From Azolla caroliniana (Eukaryota; Plantae; Polypodiophyta): a stretch of 64,000 bases of DNA. The DNA is taken from positions 3,534,001 to 3,598,000 of the forward strand of contig JBHGNT010000012.1 in assembly GCA_043228905.1 (NCBI GenBank), written 5' to 3'. Made by a program: the position numbers and the translations under genes. The notes below the pieces were generated by a model that ran no database searches, was not told the DNA's origin, and saw nothing but the letters and a program-made list of their open reading frames with translations. Shown one piece after another: positions 38,145 to 50,962 of this stretch. Every line of letters begins with the position of its first letter. Positions within the stretch are counted from its first letter, which is position 1.

Positions 38145-38850
38145 CCACATGAATCATATTTTGAACTCTTGGAGGAGCATCGATGTGTTCCTCCCCTTTC
38201 TAGGGCTCTCGACCCACTCCATCTGCTCCTTTGATAAGCGGAGTGAGTCATCGAAACCGTATCTTTTGAGGAGCCGCTCCTTGAACTCCTGCCAACTTCG
38301 ACAGTCGGCCTGCATCTCGAGCACCTCTATGTGGATGCTCGGCGTAACTAACCGTGGGAACGCAAACAACAGTCTATCGTCTGGAACATCTCTCACCAGC
38401 ATCTCGACCTTGAAAGCCTCCAGGTAGTTCATGATGTCTTTTCCGTTGAATCGGCCTACCATGCCAACTACCATTTCCACGACCCTGTCGAGGCCACTGG
38501 TGCTCTCTCGAACATTAACCATGCGGTCGACAACCACCGCCATCGCTTCAACAAGTTCGCTTCCCATCATTTTCGGACTCCTCTGCTGTCGCTTTCACGT
38601 TGGGTTCACCAAAGATGTCGCAGGTTTCCACGAGTACATGTTGAAACGGGTAGGACCACAGGGGGTTTCGAAGCAAGGAGTCTGAGGGAGTAGGAAGAGC
38701 AACCGCGACGGGGTTCCTGTTCAATTACTGGAACTCAGACAACGTATGTATAGGTTCGCAGAAGAAACCGTGTCACGTAGTTCACAGGTAGAGCGAGGAG
38801 ACAGACACGAAGAAACAGAAATAGAGGTAAAACCCGAAACGAGAAGAGAT
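38145..38850 (-). other. Inverted segment of Gypsy-F: LTR U5, tRNA-Trp PBS (38594-38611) and gag N-terminus
   Basis: 38616-38850 is the reverse complement of 59518-59751. Gag reads on minus at 38154-38570 and continues on plus from ~38856. Confidence 0.9.
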
Positions 38851-38855
38851 CCCTG

Positions 38856-40100
38856 CGGCGCTAGAACGAACCGTACTTGACACGAGCAAGGTCCTATTGT
38901 TTATCAAGTCGGTCGATCCACTCGACCGAGAAAAGGTGGGTCTCCTGTTGAAGACGGATGAAGGCCTCACGGCCGATTGGGCCGCGGTAAAGAGGGTTTG
39001 TAGCTGTTTCAACAAACGGCGAGAATGGAACAATGTGGGGTCGTCGACGACTGGCCTGGGTGCCGGGAAGAAGCTAGAGGGACCGATTCCGGCGTGGATG
39101 AAAGAGACACGAAGGTGGCTGGAGTCGAGCACGGTTCCGACCGACGTGGTCGAGGGCCCATCCGAGGGCACAACTCTAGAGGAGCTAACGAAGATGGTGC
39201 GCAATCTCCAGATCGCGCAAGCTCGGAGAGATGGCGGGGGACAGTCGGGTCACCGAAGGCCTCCGATAGACCAACGATGCATGTGGTGTGATGCCGTCGG
39301 CCACGTCCGAAGGGAGTGCGCCGATTTCATGTTCGTCTGGAACGGGCGGGTACATGCGTGACATATGCGAAGGACCCTCGAAGTGAACATCGGGCGAGGC
39401 GGCATGAAGAGGATAATGGAGGAAGCCGCGGCTCAGAATGCCGAGGCCATCCATTATTAAATGTCGGCAGGGATCCGGGTAGCCGGAGAGAAGGGTGCCG
39501 CATCCAAAAGCAGTACAGGATTTTGGCCGCTCGTACTAGAAGGCCTCTCGGGAGTGAGGCTAATGAAGGACAAGGCGGACCGCGCGGAGAGACAGGTCCA
39601 AGAGGGCACCGGGTGGAGTGATCTTTTAGAAGAGAAAACCGGCTTTGTGGAGGTCGCATGCCAGAACTACGAGGTTCTAGTTGAAGACGAGTGGGCCGGA
39701 TGTTTGAACTGATACGAGAAATGATGGGGGCCCGACTGGCCCACAGGAGAGGACGAAGTTGTCGGGCTTCTGGTTGAGCTCGGAGATCGAAAGGGCGACG
39801 GACCTACGAAAGTTCTTGGAGGAGTGAATCCTCGATAGTCGCATGGAACTCACCCTGCGAGAAGTGCTAAGGATAGCAAAGAAGGAGTTCCATGATTCTA
39901 TCATGGACCGGTAAAAAGGAAACGGCTCTTGACAGAGCCAGAGCCGGAGAAGCCAGTCGAAGTAAAGGCGGCCCACATCAAAGAGGTGGCGATGGAAGAG
40001 GAGTTCCCAGAGAGCCACTATATGAACCCGCACCAGGCCAGAGCGACGACGGAAACCCCTATCCGAATTGGGGACATGAAAGAGCCGGTGGTAGCGCTAC
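38856..40100 (+). pseudogene. Gypsy-F gag C-terminus up to the start of protease
   Basis: CMWCDAVGHVRREC knuckle; EPVVAL, which normally precedes the protease DxG, then truncation. Confidence 0.75.
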
Positions 40101-40121
40101 GTCGACGGGATATAGTCCTTT

Positions 40122-43100
40122 TCTAAAGAATCAAGAGATGGATTCTTGTGAAGCGGAATAGGTGTGAACTGTGTGTGTGTGTGTATGAGATAGAGAGAGA
40201 GAGAGGGAGAGAGAGAGAGACACAGAGTATACGCAAGGTTACATATGTTAACAAAGGAGGAAGACTCAACATAATCCAAGGTGGGAGGAGGGTGCTTTAT
40301 GTAGTCACCCTCTCTCTTCATTAACTACAAGACTCATGGAGCATGGGGAATGTGAAAGCTCATAAGTTATGTGTCATAGAATATGATTCTATGACTCATA
40401 CTAAATGATAGAATACAAAGTGGTGACATAATGGTGACTCTTGACCGTTGGAGTGTCTCTTCACTCTCAAGGTGAGTTCACACACTAGACCAAGTTGAGC
40501 TTGATTCTCAACACGCCCCCTCAAGCTCAAGTCGGGTAGGTTTCAGACGGTATCCGAAATCCGCTTCAACTCGCGTTCTGGAGTCCGCGTTGACTCGCGT
40601 TGACTCGCTTTATGCGGAGTTGCGGAATCTGTGCTCCAGCTTGCGTTGTGCGTAGTTACGAAGTTTGTGCTTCGGCTTGCGTGCGTAGTTGCGAAATCTA
40701 CGCGTTATTGCGTAGTGTCTTCAGTACTCCCACTCAAGCTTGGTAGGTCAGGGATCGTCTATCCGAGATCGGTCATGAATTGCCACAACTTGTTGGCTCC
40801 TAAGGCTTTAGTGAAGATGTCGGCCGTTTGAAGATTGGTGCTAATGTGTTGTAGGTCGACATTGCCAGCCAGAACGCGCTCTCAGATGAAGTGATACTGC
40901 ACTTCGATGTGCTTTGTCTGCGCGTGGAACACCGGGTTCTGAGCCAGATAGATATTGCTCATGTTGTCGCAATAAAGGGAAGTCAGATCCTTGATGGGTA
41001 CGCCCAGATCCTTCAAAATCCTCTTAAGCCATACGGCTTCACATGCAGCTACGGCTGCGCCCCTATATTCCGCCTCCGTACTCGAAAGAGCGATGATAGG
41101 CTGCTTCTTGCTACTCCAGGATATTGCTCCGTTGCCGAGGGAGAAAACAAATCCGGAGGTTGATCTTCTATCGGCTTTGTAGCCAGCCCAATCGGCATTT
41201 GTGTACCCCTCGAGTCGTATTGGCATCGCGGTCATGTAGAGGATGCCGCAATCCATTGTGCCGCTCACGTATCGTAGAACTCGCTTAGCGCAATCCAAGT
41301 GAGTATCACGCGGTGTTTGCATGAATTGGCTAAAGAGACCGACCTGATAACTGAGATCGGGTCGAGTGATCGTGAGGTAGATGAGGCTCCCGATGAGTTG
41401 CCGATACTAAGTCGACTCACACGCTTCGGTGCCGGAGTTCGCATCTAGTTTGAGATTACGATCGAGCGGGGTTGCCACGGATTTGCACTCAGCCATCCCG
41501 AACTTGTATAACAAGGTGAGGATGTAGTGTCGTTGAGAGATCATGATTCCAGCCGGAGTCCGAATTACCTTGATGCCGAGGAAGTAGTGGAGCTCCTTCA
41601 TGTCCATCATCTCGAACTTGTCGGAAAGGAGGGATTTGACCTTAGTGATTTCGACGAGATGCTCACCTCCAATGACTAGGTCATCCACATATAAAATGAT
41701 GATGATCGGACTTGCGGAATCGCTTCGTATGTAGAGGGAGTTGTCCGATTTTGACATACGGAAGCTGATTTGATGAAGATATTGCGTTATCTTCGAATGC
41801 CAAGCACGCGGTGCTTGCTTGAGGCCGTAGAGTGGCTTCTTGAGTCGGCAAACAACTTTCGGATGGGTACTCGAGTTGAAGCCGGGTGGTTGGATCATGT
41901 ACACCTCCTCTTCTAATTCGCCTTGTAGAAAGGCGTTCTTGACGTCCTTTTGATGGAGGTGCCACCCTTTCGCCGCGACAATCGCAATTATGGTCCGCAC
42001 CGTCGTCATCTTTGCCACCGGGGCAAAGGTCTCTTCATAGTCGACGCCATGCGTCTGAGCGTATCCTTTCGCTACGAGTCGAGCTTTGTAGCAGTTTACA
42101 GAGCCATCGACGTTATACTTCACCTTGTAGATCCATCTACATCCGATCGCCTTTTTGTGTGGTGAGGTGGGAACGAGATCCCACGTCTCATTCTTCCGTA
42201 GTGCCTGTATCTCCTCGTGCATTGCTTCGATCCATCGCAGGTCCTTCGCGGCTTCCGAAAAGGTTTCCGGCTCCCATACTGTCGCTACCTTCACATTAAA
42301 GGCATAATGGTACGCCATATAATTGTTGTAGCCGAATCGGCTTACAGGGTTCTTTTCACGAGTGGATCGGCGGAGCTTTTCATTTGTAGAGATGAGGGCT
42401 TTCTTAGCTCCGATTGGTATATCGAAGCCGCCAAACTCACTATCGAGTGAGTGAGTCGATTCATTGTCATCGAAGCGATCGTCTTCATATTCCGCCATTT
42501 TCGCCTTGCCTTTGTCCATCTTCGGGCTAGGCCGTGATGTGCTTTGATCGCTCAAAGGCTCTTGTGGTCCGCTCAGTCAGGTCGTGATCGGACTTTCTTC
42601 GATCATGTGCGTAGGGCGATCTTCATCCTCGATCTCTTGTTCGGCAAATTCCGAGTCGAACGGAGGCGAGGTTGTCTCTGGTGCATACCAGGATGCGGAC
42701 TTGTCAAAAACGACGTCTCGACTTACTTGAGATTTTCGAGTTGAGGGGTTGTAGCACTTGTACCCCTTTTGCTCCAATGAGTATCCTACGAGGATACATT
42801 TCTCCGACTTTGGGTCAAGCTTTTGACGGTTCTCGTCGGGGATGTGCACGTACGCTATCGCGCCGAATATCCGTATGTGCGATAAATCCGGCTTCCTTCC
42901 GAAGTATTTTTCATGTGGAGTGACCTCGTGCACGCCGGATGTTGTGCACCGGTTCATTAGGTAGATGGCCGTATTTGCAGCTTCGGCCCAATATGACTTG
43001 GGCATATGCTTCTCATTCATCATGGCCCGCGCTACTTCGAGGATGTGCCGATTTTTTATCTCGGCTACTCCGTTTTGTTGCGGAGTGTGTCAGCAAGTGA

Positions 43101-45310
43101 ATTCTTGCCAAATTCCTTCCTTTCGGAGGTACGCCGTGAAATCGTCTGAGAAGTACTCCTTGTCGCCATCCGATCGAAGGCATCGTACATGTAGGCCCGT
43201 GGGTTTCTCAACTTCATTCTTGAAATTTTGGAAGTGTCTGAACACTTTGCTCTTTTCCTGCATTGGGTAGATCCAAGTGTGCCTAGAGAAGTCGTCGATG
43301 AAGAGCACGTAATATCGGCATCCGCCGAACGTAGCCATCTGCGCCGGTCCCCATACGTCGGAATGGACTACGTTGAGTAGACCTTTGCTCACGTTCCGCT
43401 CTTTCGGGGATGGGTGTCGGTGTTGCTTGCCGAATTGGTAGGCTTCGCATACACCTTCAATCTCCTTCTCTTTGAATGTCTTGAGTTCGATGACGACTCC
43501 TTTCGATTTCATTGCTTTGAGTTTGTTGAGATTGATGTGGACGATTCGCTTGTGCCATAGCTCTATGTCGGAGTCGGCTTTCATGTTTTTCGCGAACATG
43601 GCAGATTTCATCTCACGTGAATCGAGAATGAACATCCGGCCCTCTCTTCATCCGCGTGCGATGAGTCGGCCCTCTTTTTCGATGAAGCAACCGCCTTGAT
43701 TAAATCGAACTTGCATCCTGTGAAAGTGTTTTTAGAATTCAAGGTATTGAACACTACAAAAATATAAGGTATGGTGCGTTCACATCCGAAGGGCAAGAAC
43801 ACGAATCAAGGTCTCAAGGATAAGTCAAACTAAAAGCAAGAAAGATGGAGAAAAGTCAAAGAAGAAAAAAGCAGGCCACCAAAATATAGTCTACAACGAA
43901 CGCCCATAACTCATTCGTTTGGAAGCCAAATATAATGTGCAAATATGGGTTAGAAAGCTTATGACGAGAGCTATCCGTAGCTTTTTAAAACTCTAAATTT
44001 GGAGCATGATGAGGGAGATATGACGATTAGAAGATCGTTGTGTCATAGCTAAGAATAGGAGATGGAAAAGCTCTAAAAAAAGCGTGGAAAAGAAAGCAAG
44101 CGAAACTTATCTACTAGAGGAGAACTTCATATAAAGCAAGAAGAGTGAGGTGGTGAGGAGAGCTTTTTTCTTGTGATGTTTTTCTTGCCTATTCATGTAG
44201 TGCGTTTTTCTAGTGATCAATTCATCCTTGTAGGCTTGAGTTTATGTATCTTCTTTCTCTTGTTTCTATGATCATCACTCCTTATTAATATATCTTTGTA
44301 GATTTAGGTTTCTATATCTTCCTTCTCTCTCTTTTCTATCATCATCTCTCTTTTCACATCCCTTTCTCTACAATTTGGCCGATGGAGACCAAATTCTTCG
44401 TAATGGTCGGTACATGCAATACATTTTTAATGTAATTTTGCTTACCTTCTTTTCCGAACAGAACATTGCCAATGTGCTGAATCGGGTGCGTAGTGTCGTC
44501 TCCGGTTTCAACATAGCCGGGTCGGTCCGGCTCTCGAAGTTGTCGGAACCATTCTTGATGCGATGTCATATGGTTCGAGGCACCGGAATCGACGAACTAT
44601 ACGTCTTCCGGACCGGAGGCACTAGTTGAGATAGCGGCCGACATAGAGTTTGCTCTATGTTTCATCATGAACATTCCGCCACGGTCGGAGTTGTGCGCAT
44701 ACATTTCGCCATGATCTTCGTAGTCGGAGTTGTGCCCGTAGATTTCGCCACGGTCGGAGTTGTGTGCATACATTCTGCCACGATCTTCGTAGTCGGAGTT
44801 GTGTGCGTAATTCGTGAGTTGTCGGCTTGTGGAAGCCGATTCACGCATCTTCTTTCGGCACTCTTCTTCGTGGTGGCCGAGCTTTCCGCAATATCCACAT
44901 TCGAGTCCGTTTTGATGGCTCGGGCCGGAGTGGAAGCTCCCCGTTCTTGCGAAGGTTCCTCATTGGCCTCCGTTATGCGGCCGAAATTGGGAGTTGTTGT
45001 CGTAGGTCGGACCTCATCCGCCTTGTCCTTGGCCGAATCGGCCTCTCGCTTGTCCGCGTGCTCTTCCTCCATTAGAGTGCGTGTAGAGCATGTGGCCTTT
45101 CTGACTCATTGCTCCTTGTATGCACGTGGTTTTCTTCAACTAATAGCATTGATTGGAGCTCGAAGAAGGAGGGAGATTTCTCCTGTGCTAGAACGATGGT
45201 TCGCATCGCGCCAAACCGTGGTGCGAGGCCATCAAGGCATATTTGCACCATCTCATCATCATCAATACTTACGCTTATTGAGCGGAGCAAGTCGCAAAGC
45301 TCCTTGATCT
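40122..45310 (-). mobile_element. Ty1/Copia 'Copia-E', 5'-truncated sister of Copia-D
   Basis: 3' LTR at 40122-40513. RH, RT, INT, PR and gag fragments are highly similar to Copia-D. Ends within gag at the junction with Gypsy-G integrase. Confidence 0.94.
43719..44356. mobile_element. Probable solo LTR (638 bp) inside Copia-E
   Basis: TG...CA termini and TSD CATCC (43714-43718 and 44357-44361). Removal restores GMQVRF as in Copia-D. Confidence 0.8.
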
Positions 45311-48300
45311 TAGGTAGTAAATTTTGGATCTCGATCACTCACGATATCCATCGGTAACCCATAAAAACGAAATAACTCGTCAACGAATTGGTAAGCCAAT
45401 TCAGGAGCTGTTACCGTGGTTTTTGTAGCAATAAATCTGGCCATTTTAGTTAGTCTATCAACCACAACCCAGATGGCATCATGGCCTTTTTGGGTGCGAG
45501 GAAGGCTAACAATAAAATCCATGGATATACTTTCCCACTTATTGTTGGGAATGTCCAAGGGATGTAAAAGTCCTACGGCTTTAAGTCGCTCGGCTTTGTT
45601 AACCTGACATTGGTGACATTTAGTCACATAGCTATGTATGTCAGGGCGCATCTTAGGCCAATAAAATTGAGTGGAGATGAGAACGAGTGTACGATGTATT
45701 CCAAGGTGCCCTGCTGAGGGTGCATCATGGCATTCAAAAAGAATCCTCTTTTTGACCTCGGGTAAATCTGGAACACAAACCTTCCCATTACGGTAGAGCA
45801 GACCGTTAGTAATGTGGAAGTATTCCTTCGAGGATGTGGTGGTGTCTGTTCCAGACTCAATTCTTGCCCAGTATTTTGCGACATAACTGTCATCAGGATA
45901 CTTTCCTCGAAGGTGATCATAAAGATCTTATGATATTTCAGTGAAGCTAAGCGTGTTAACTTCACGGATGCGACTTAGTGCATCAGCGACAATATTCATG
46001 GAACCTTTATGATATCGTATGGAAAAATCAAAGTCCTGGATGAGATCAGCCCATCGTGCCTTATGACCTTTCAGGTCTTGTAGGTCACAAAAATATTTCA
46101 AGGACTCGTGGTCCGTAGTTACCACAAAGCAATTTCCATAAAGATAATGGTGCCATGTTTTGAGCACATGTGTAACTGCAAATAATTCCTTTTCTTGAAC
46201 GGTATACCGACATTGAGCATAATCAAGTTTCTTACTCTCCAATGCTATTGGTTTACCATCTTGGTATAAGACAACACCTATAGCATAATCGCTTGCATCG
46301 GTTTCAACCTCAAAAGGTTTTGAAGGATCGGGTAAAAGAAGTGAAGGAGCCTTGCATACCAGGTCCTTGAGTTCCTTAAAGGCGAGGTCTAGTGTAGCAT
46401 TCCACACAATAGGTTTTGTAGACTTACGCGTTTGACCTTTTAAAAGATCAGTAAACGGTGTCGTCAATTGGGAGTAATTACGAAGGGATTTTCGCAAAAA
46501 CCCGACAAAACCAAGGAATGATTGAACTTCTCGAATGTTCCGAAGAGTATGCCAAAGCTTGATTTTCTCGATGCAAGAAGGATCAATTTCAACTCCTCGT
46601 TCGGTTATGAGATGGCCAAGATAAGTAATTGATTTCTTGAAGAACTCACATTTTGAGATCTTCGCGTAAAACTGTTTGTCACGCAATGTTTGTAAAACAA
46701 AGTGGACATGTTTAGCATGTTCGTGTAATGTACGGCTATAAACTAAAATATCATCCAAGAAAATAACGACAAATTTTCCAAGTTGTTCTCGGAAAATGTC
46801 ATTCATTTCTTGTTGAAATGTAGTCGGAGCATTGGTCAAACCATAAACTCATAATGGCCATAGCGCGTACGAAATGCCGTTTTAGGAACATCGTCCTCAC
46901 TTATACGTATTTGATGGTAGCCAGTATGGAGATCAAGTTTCGTAAAATACCGAGCTCCCTGGAGACGGTCAATTAGATCGTCAGCCTGGGGCAATGGATA
47001 TGAATTCTTGATCGTCACTTTATTCAAGCGTCGGTAATTAATACACATACGCCATGTGCCCTCTTTCTTTTTAACCAAGAGAATTGGTGCACCCCATGGA
47101 GATTTACTATAACGTATATAACCCATTCGTAAATATTCCTTGAGTTGCTTAGCTACCTCATCCTCTTCGGATCGACTTAAGCGATAAGGAGGTATACTTA
47201 TTGGTGCAATGCCAGGTACAATATCTATACAATGGTCTATATTAGGTTTAGGAGGTAAACCATCTGGTAGTTCACTCGGAAAAACATCACGAAAATCATT
47301 TAAGATTTTATCAAGTTGTTGTTGTTCAAAATATGTTAATTGAACCGAGGCATTATCGATATTGTAAACATGAATGTCCGGATCAAGTACACAATAAAAT
47401 AGAGTTGAACAAGACAACTCGGATATTAATGGACATGAGGAAACAATCGAGAGGGATTGTTTTTTTACACATTGAATAAAATGAGTACAATCGTTCAGTA
47501 CAAATGTAATTGAATGACGAACCCAATCAATAGATAAAGAAGAGTTTTTATTATAAAACCAGGGATAACCCAGTATTACATCAGTGGTACAAAGATTCAT
47601 TACATGGAAGTCTACTTCCTCTATATAAGTATCAATAGAAATTCCTAATGAATGAATCGCCTCGTTGATGTATTGTACTCTTCCATCAGCCAAGTGCATC
47701 GTGTAGGTGTGATCACTTACGGTGGGTTGGATTCCCCATATCTGAACCAAACGATCATTGATAAAGTTGTGTGAGCTTCCCAAATCAAATAAAAATTGTA
47801 CGGGAGATCCATTGATATACCCGTTTGCACGTAGTAAATCATTGGGACCCAATACATAGTGAGGGAAAGAACATTGACAATTACTTAAATGATGTGTATA
47901 GACCTGAAGGACATTAGGAATTTGACCTTTATGGTCTGCAGCTTTAGCTTTGTTGTCGTGCTCTTTCCGTTGGAGCTTTTGACATTGATCTTTTGTATGA
48001 CCCTTCTTTTTGCAGAATATGCAAAAAGGATGTTGTTGCTTACAATCGCAATCCATGAATTCGTTGGCTGTCTTACGTTTCCCAACGAATTGCGACTGCT
48101 TAGTCCCAGGCACTTCGTTGGGTTTGTTGTGGTCCTTCTTCGAAGTGCGTTGATAGCGAAGAACTATTTCAACGGCCTCCTTGAAGGATTTTGGATCCTT
48201 ATCGTGCACTATCCCGTGATAATCCGAATTGGGGATGCCATTGACAAAACAAGCTATTAGCCAGTTGTCCCCTTCTAGACCCGATTTTTGGATTTGGGTT

Positions 48301-48840
48301 CTAGCATGGTGGACATAGTCTTCTAGTGAGGAAAACTTCCTGCTAGAGAGGTTCATTAAAGCTTGTGTTGCCTCGGTTCGAGAGGGAGGTTGCAAAAATT
48401 GGCCCTTGAAAACTGTGACAAAATCTATCTAGGTATCGGGCAATTTCCCCAAAGTACGGAGCCCACGCCACCAGGCGGCGGCCTTACCCCCTAGTTCTCG
48501 GCCGACATATGCAATCTTCGTACTATCTAGCATGGGATAGAGCTCAAAATGAGACTCCCATCGGCCCAGCCACGTGCATGGCTTAAATGGCTCCCGTAAA
48601 TGGCTTAATGACAAACGATGGTTCACCTTGTCGCTCATCAGGTCTATTAGTCTCACGTTGTAGACTAATGACACGTGCCTCGAGAGCACTTTGAGATTGC
48701 CGAAGTTCGGTCATCTGTTGAGTGGTGAAACTAAGGTATTGGGTTATTTGCGAAAAATACATCTCAATGGACATTTGTCCAGGAGGATTCCCTTGATTTC
48801 CTTCTGCTTGAGCGACATCGGGTCGTTATTTTGAGCCATT
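45311..48840 (-). pseudogene. Gypsy-G polyprotein
   Basis: [62 protein letters not shown] and IVSDRDPKFT. Confidence 0.93.
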
Positions 48841-50013
48841 AAATGATTATTTCTGGAAAAGAAATAGGATAAGGTCAGAGAGATCGTCATAAGATCATGT
48901 CGTGATGTAAACCTATCATGGGCGAGCATTAATCGATATCATTATCTCACATCAATACCCCTCTAGACGTATGAGATGAGGTTCAAGATCAAGTTACTAT
49001 GGTAACACAAAGGTGTTTTAAAAACCATGGGGGTGACAAATAAATGTCTTTCCCTGATCTCTATATCGATTTTTTCATGGTGGCTCCCCAAGGCTCAACC
49101 ATGTATGTTCGCGTCATGAATAGGTTATACACGAAAAAAATGTTAACAATAAACTATGTTTATGTGCCCACATATGTGGTTTCGGCTCTTTAAGTCCTAT
49201 TACAAGGACCCCGAAGTGCACTTAGACCTCAAGTCTAAACATGTGTTATAATCATATGTATCAACGATGTTGTATGGTCTTGGTCATATTTGAACTCGAG
49301 ACCTCAAGAACAAATGCATTAAACATTTGAGCCAACCAAGTAAGTTGCTCTTGTTGAATATTTAATGTTTCATGCATATAAGAGATATGCGAGGCATTTG
49401 CCCATATATGTTTTTTTAAAAGAAACATATATTTCAAGAGTCCTTATTTCGCCCTCATTTACTACAACTATGTTGGTACATTACCTAACCTCAAGTCTCG
49501 TAATTACGATGGCATACGCCAAAGTGCAACCTAATGGTCAAGCCAAATGAGCACTCTTTTCGTAGTAGGCCCACGTGGCCCATCACATGGTCACGTCAAT
49601 ACGAATGCCTCTCGTAAGAATGATCTCATGGTGGCATCATATCCATGAAATCAAGGTGGGATGTTGGATACATGTGTCATAAGAGAGACCTCACATGAAG
49701 TGGGTCAAACCCTTCGTACTCAACATCATTATGGCTATTGGCGTTTCTTTACGTAACGAAATATCGAAGTCACCAACGGGGATTTCAACAATAAAAAATC
49801 GTTGAAAAAAAAGGATGGTGACAACACGATTCTCACAAAAATGTGAGGACGGCCACCAAGAACCTTTCCCCGAAAAGGAAAACATTCGATTTAAAATCAC
49901 GTAAGAACATATATACACATATGTATATTATCACATATATACGATCAACTACGTATACATGTGACCACATATGCCTATATTAAAGAAATCGTTATATTTA
50001 ATAGCCAAAAATG

Positions 50014-50276
50014 ACGTAATCGAGGCATATACCTCTACGCACACGAGACATCCAAAAATAAGGGTTCAACGTAATACGCAATTGAGGTATTGACCTCTTA
50101 CGCATACGAGACCAAACGCATATCATTTACAACAAAATCGAGGTGTAGACCTCATACGCAAACGTAACATATGTTCATGAACATAATACGTAATTGAGGT
50201 ATTAACCTCGTACGCATACGACACTCATCACATATTATTTATATGTCAAACAAGGTATTGACCTCGTGCACATATG
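50014..50276. repeat. Five palindromic ~33-bp repeats separated by dissimilar ~20-27-bp spacers in the Gypsy-G leader
   Basis: Core AAT(C/T)GAGGT-N4-ACCTCNTACGCANACG with a period of 56-62 bp. Confidence 0.8.
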
Positions 50277-50962
50277 TAAACATTTTAGATAACCAATTAA
50301 ATACCACTACAACATCATTTAATTAATGAAAATAATCTACATATTAACCATACACATGATTAGATGGGAGAAGAAAAAATAGACAAAAAATAACAAGAAA
50401 GATTACCGAAGTTCCTTGTTGATCCTTGTCTGCATGAAGGCCAACCGCACAACGATCGATCGCCATCCAAGGAGAAGATAAGACCAACAAAAGAAAGATT
50501 AGTACATAGGCTCTGATACCAAATATTAGAGACATGTACTAAAGTAAGCATTAGATAAGGATAGATCTAGGTGGATAGAAAGAAAGGAGAGAGAAAAAGA
50601 AGGGTGTCAATCCACCCGACCACCCCCGAGCGAAGGGATCGAGACGAACTCGAGCCTCGATCGGCGTCCCATACCACCGTCGTGGCATCGAGTCATACTT
50701 GGTGCTGGCACGCTCGCTACAAGAGTTGACCCACCACAAGACAGAGTCTCGACGTAGTCAACAAGATAATGAAATGAGGGTAGCTAGGCCTCTATTTATA
50801 GCAATACCCAAGGCCCCCAGCCATGTTCACACTTGGCCTAATGGGTTGTCTCAATCCCGAGGATTTAAAAGTAATCCTCCCCTTCTTTACACGCTCTTTT
50901 AACCCTCACACTTATCCACGTGTATAGAATACTACGGTAAATTCTCACCACGGGATATTATA

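Larger units (their letters stand above)
45311..50962 (-). mobile_element. Chromovirus-like Ty3/Gypsy 'Gypsy-G', 3'-truncated
   Basis: LTR at ~50524-50962, iMet PBS at 50510-50521, ~1.7-kb leader, then gag-PR-RT-RH-INT. Clade inferred from the Tf2-like RT; the chromodomain region is lost. Confidence 0.88.

Noticed and set aside
50014-50276. True CRISPR locus
   Set aside because: Repeats are degenerate, lie inside a eukaryotic retrotransposon leader, and have no cas genes nearby. Kept only as a structural finding.
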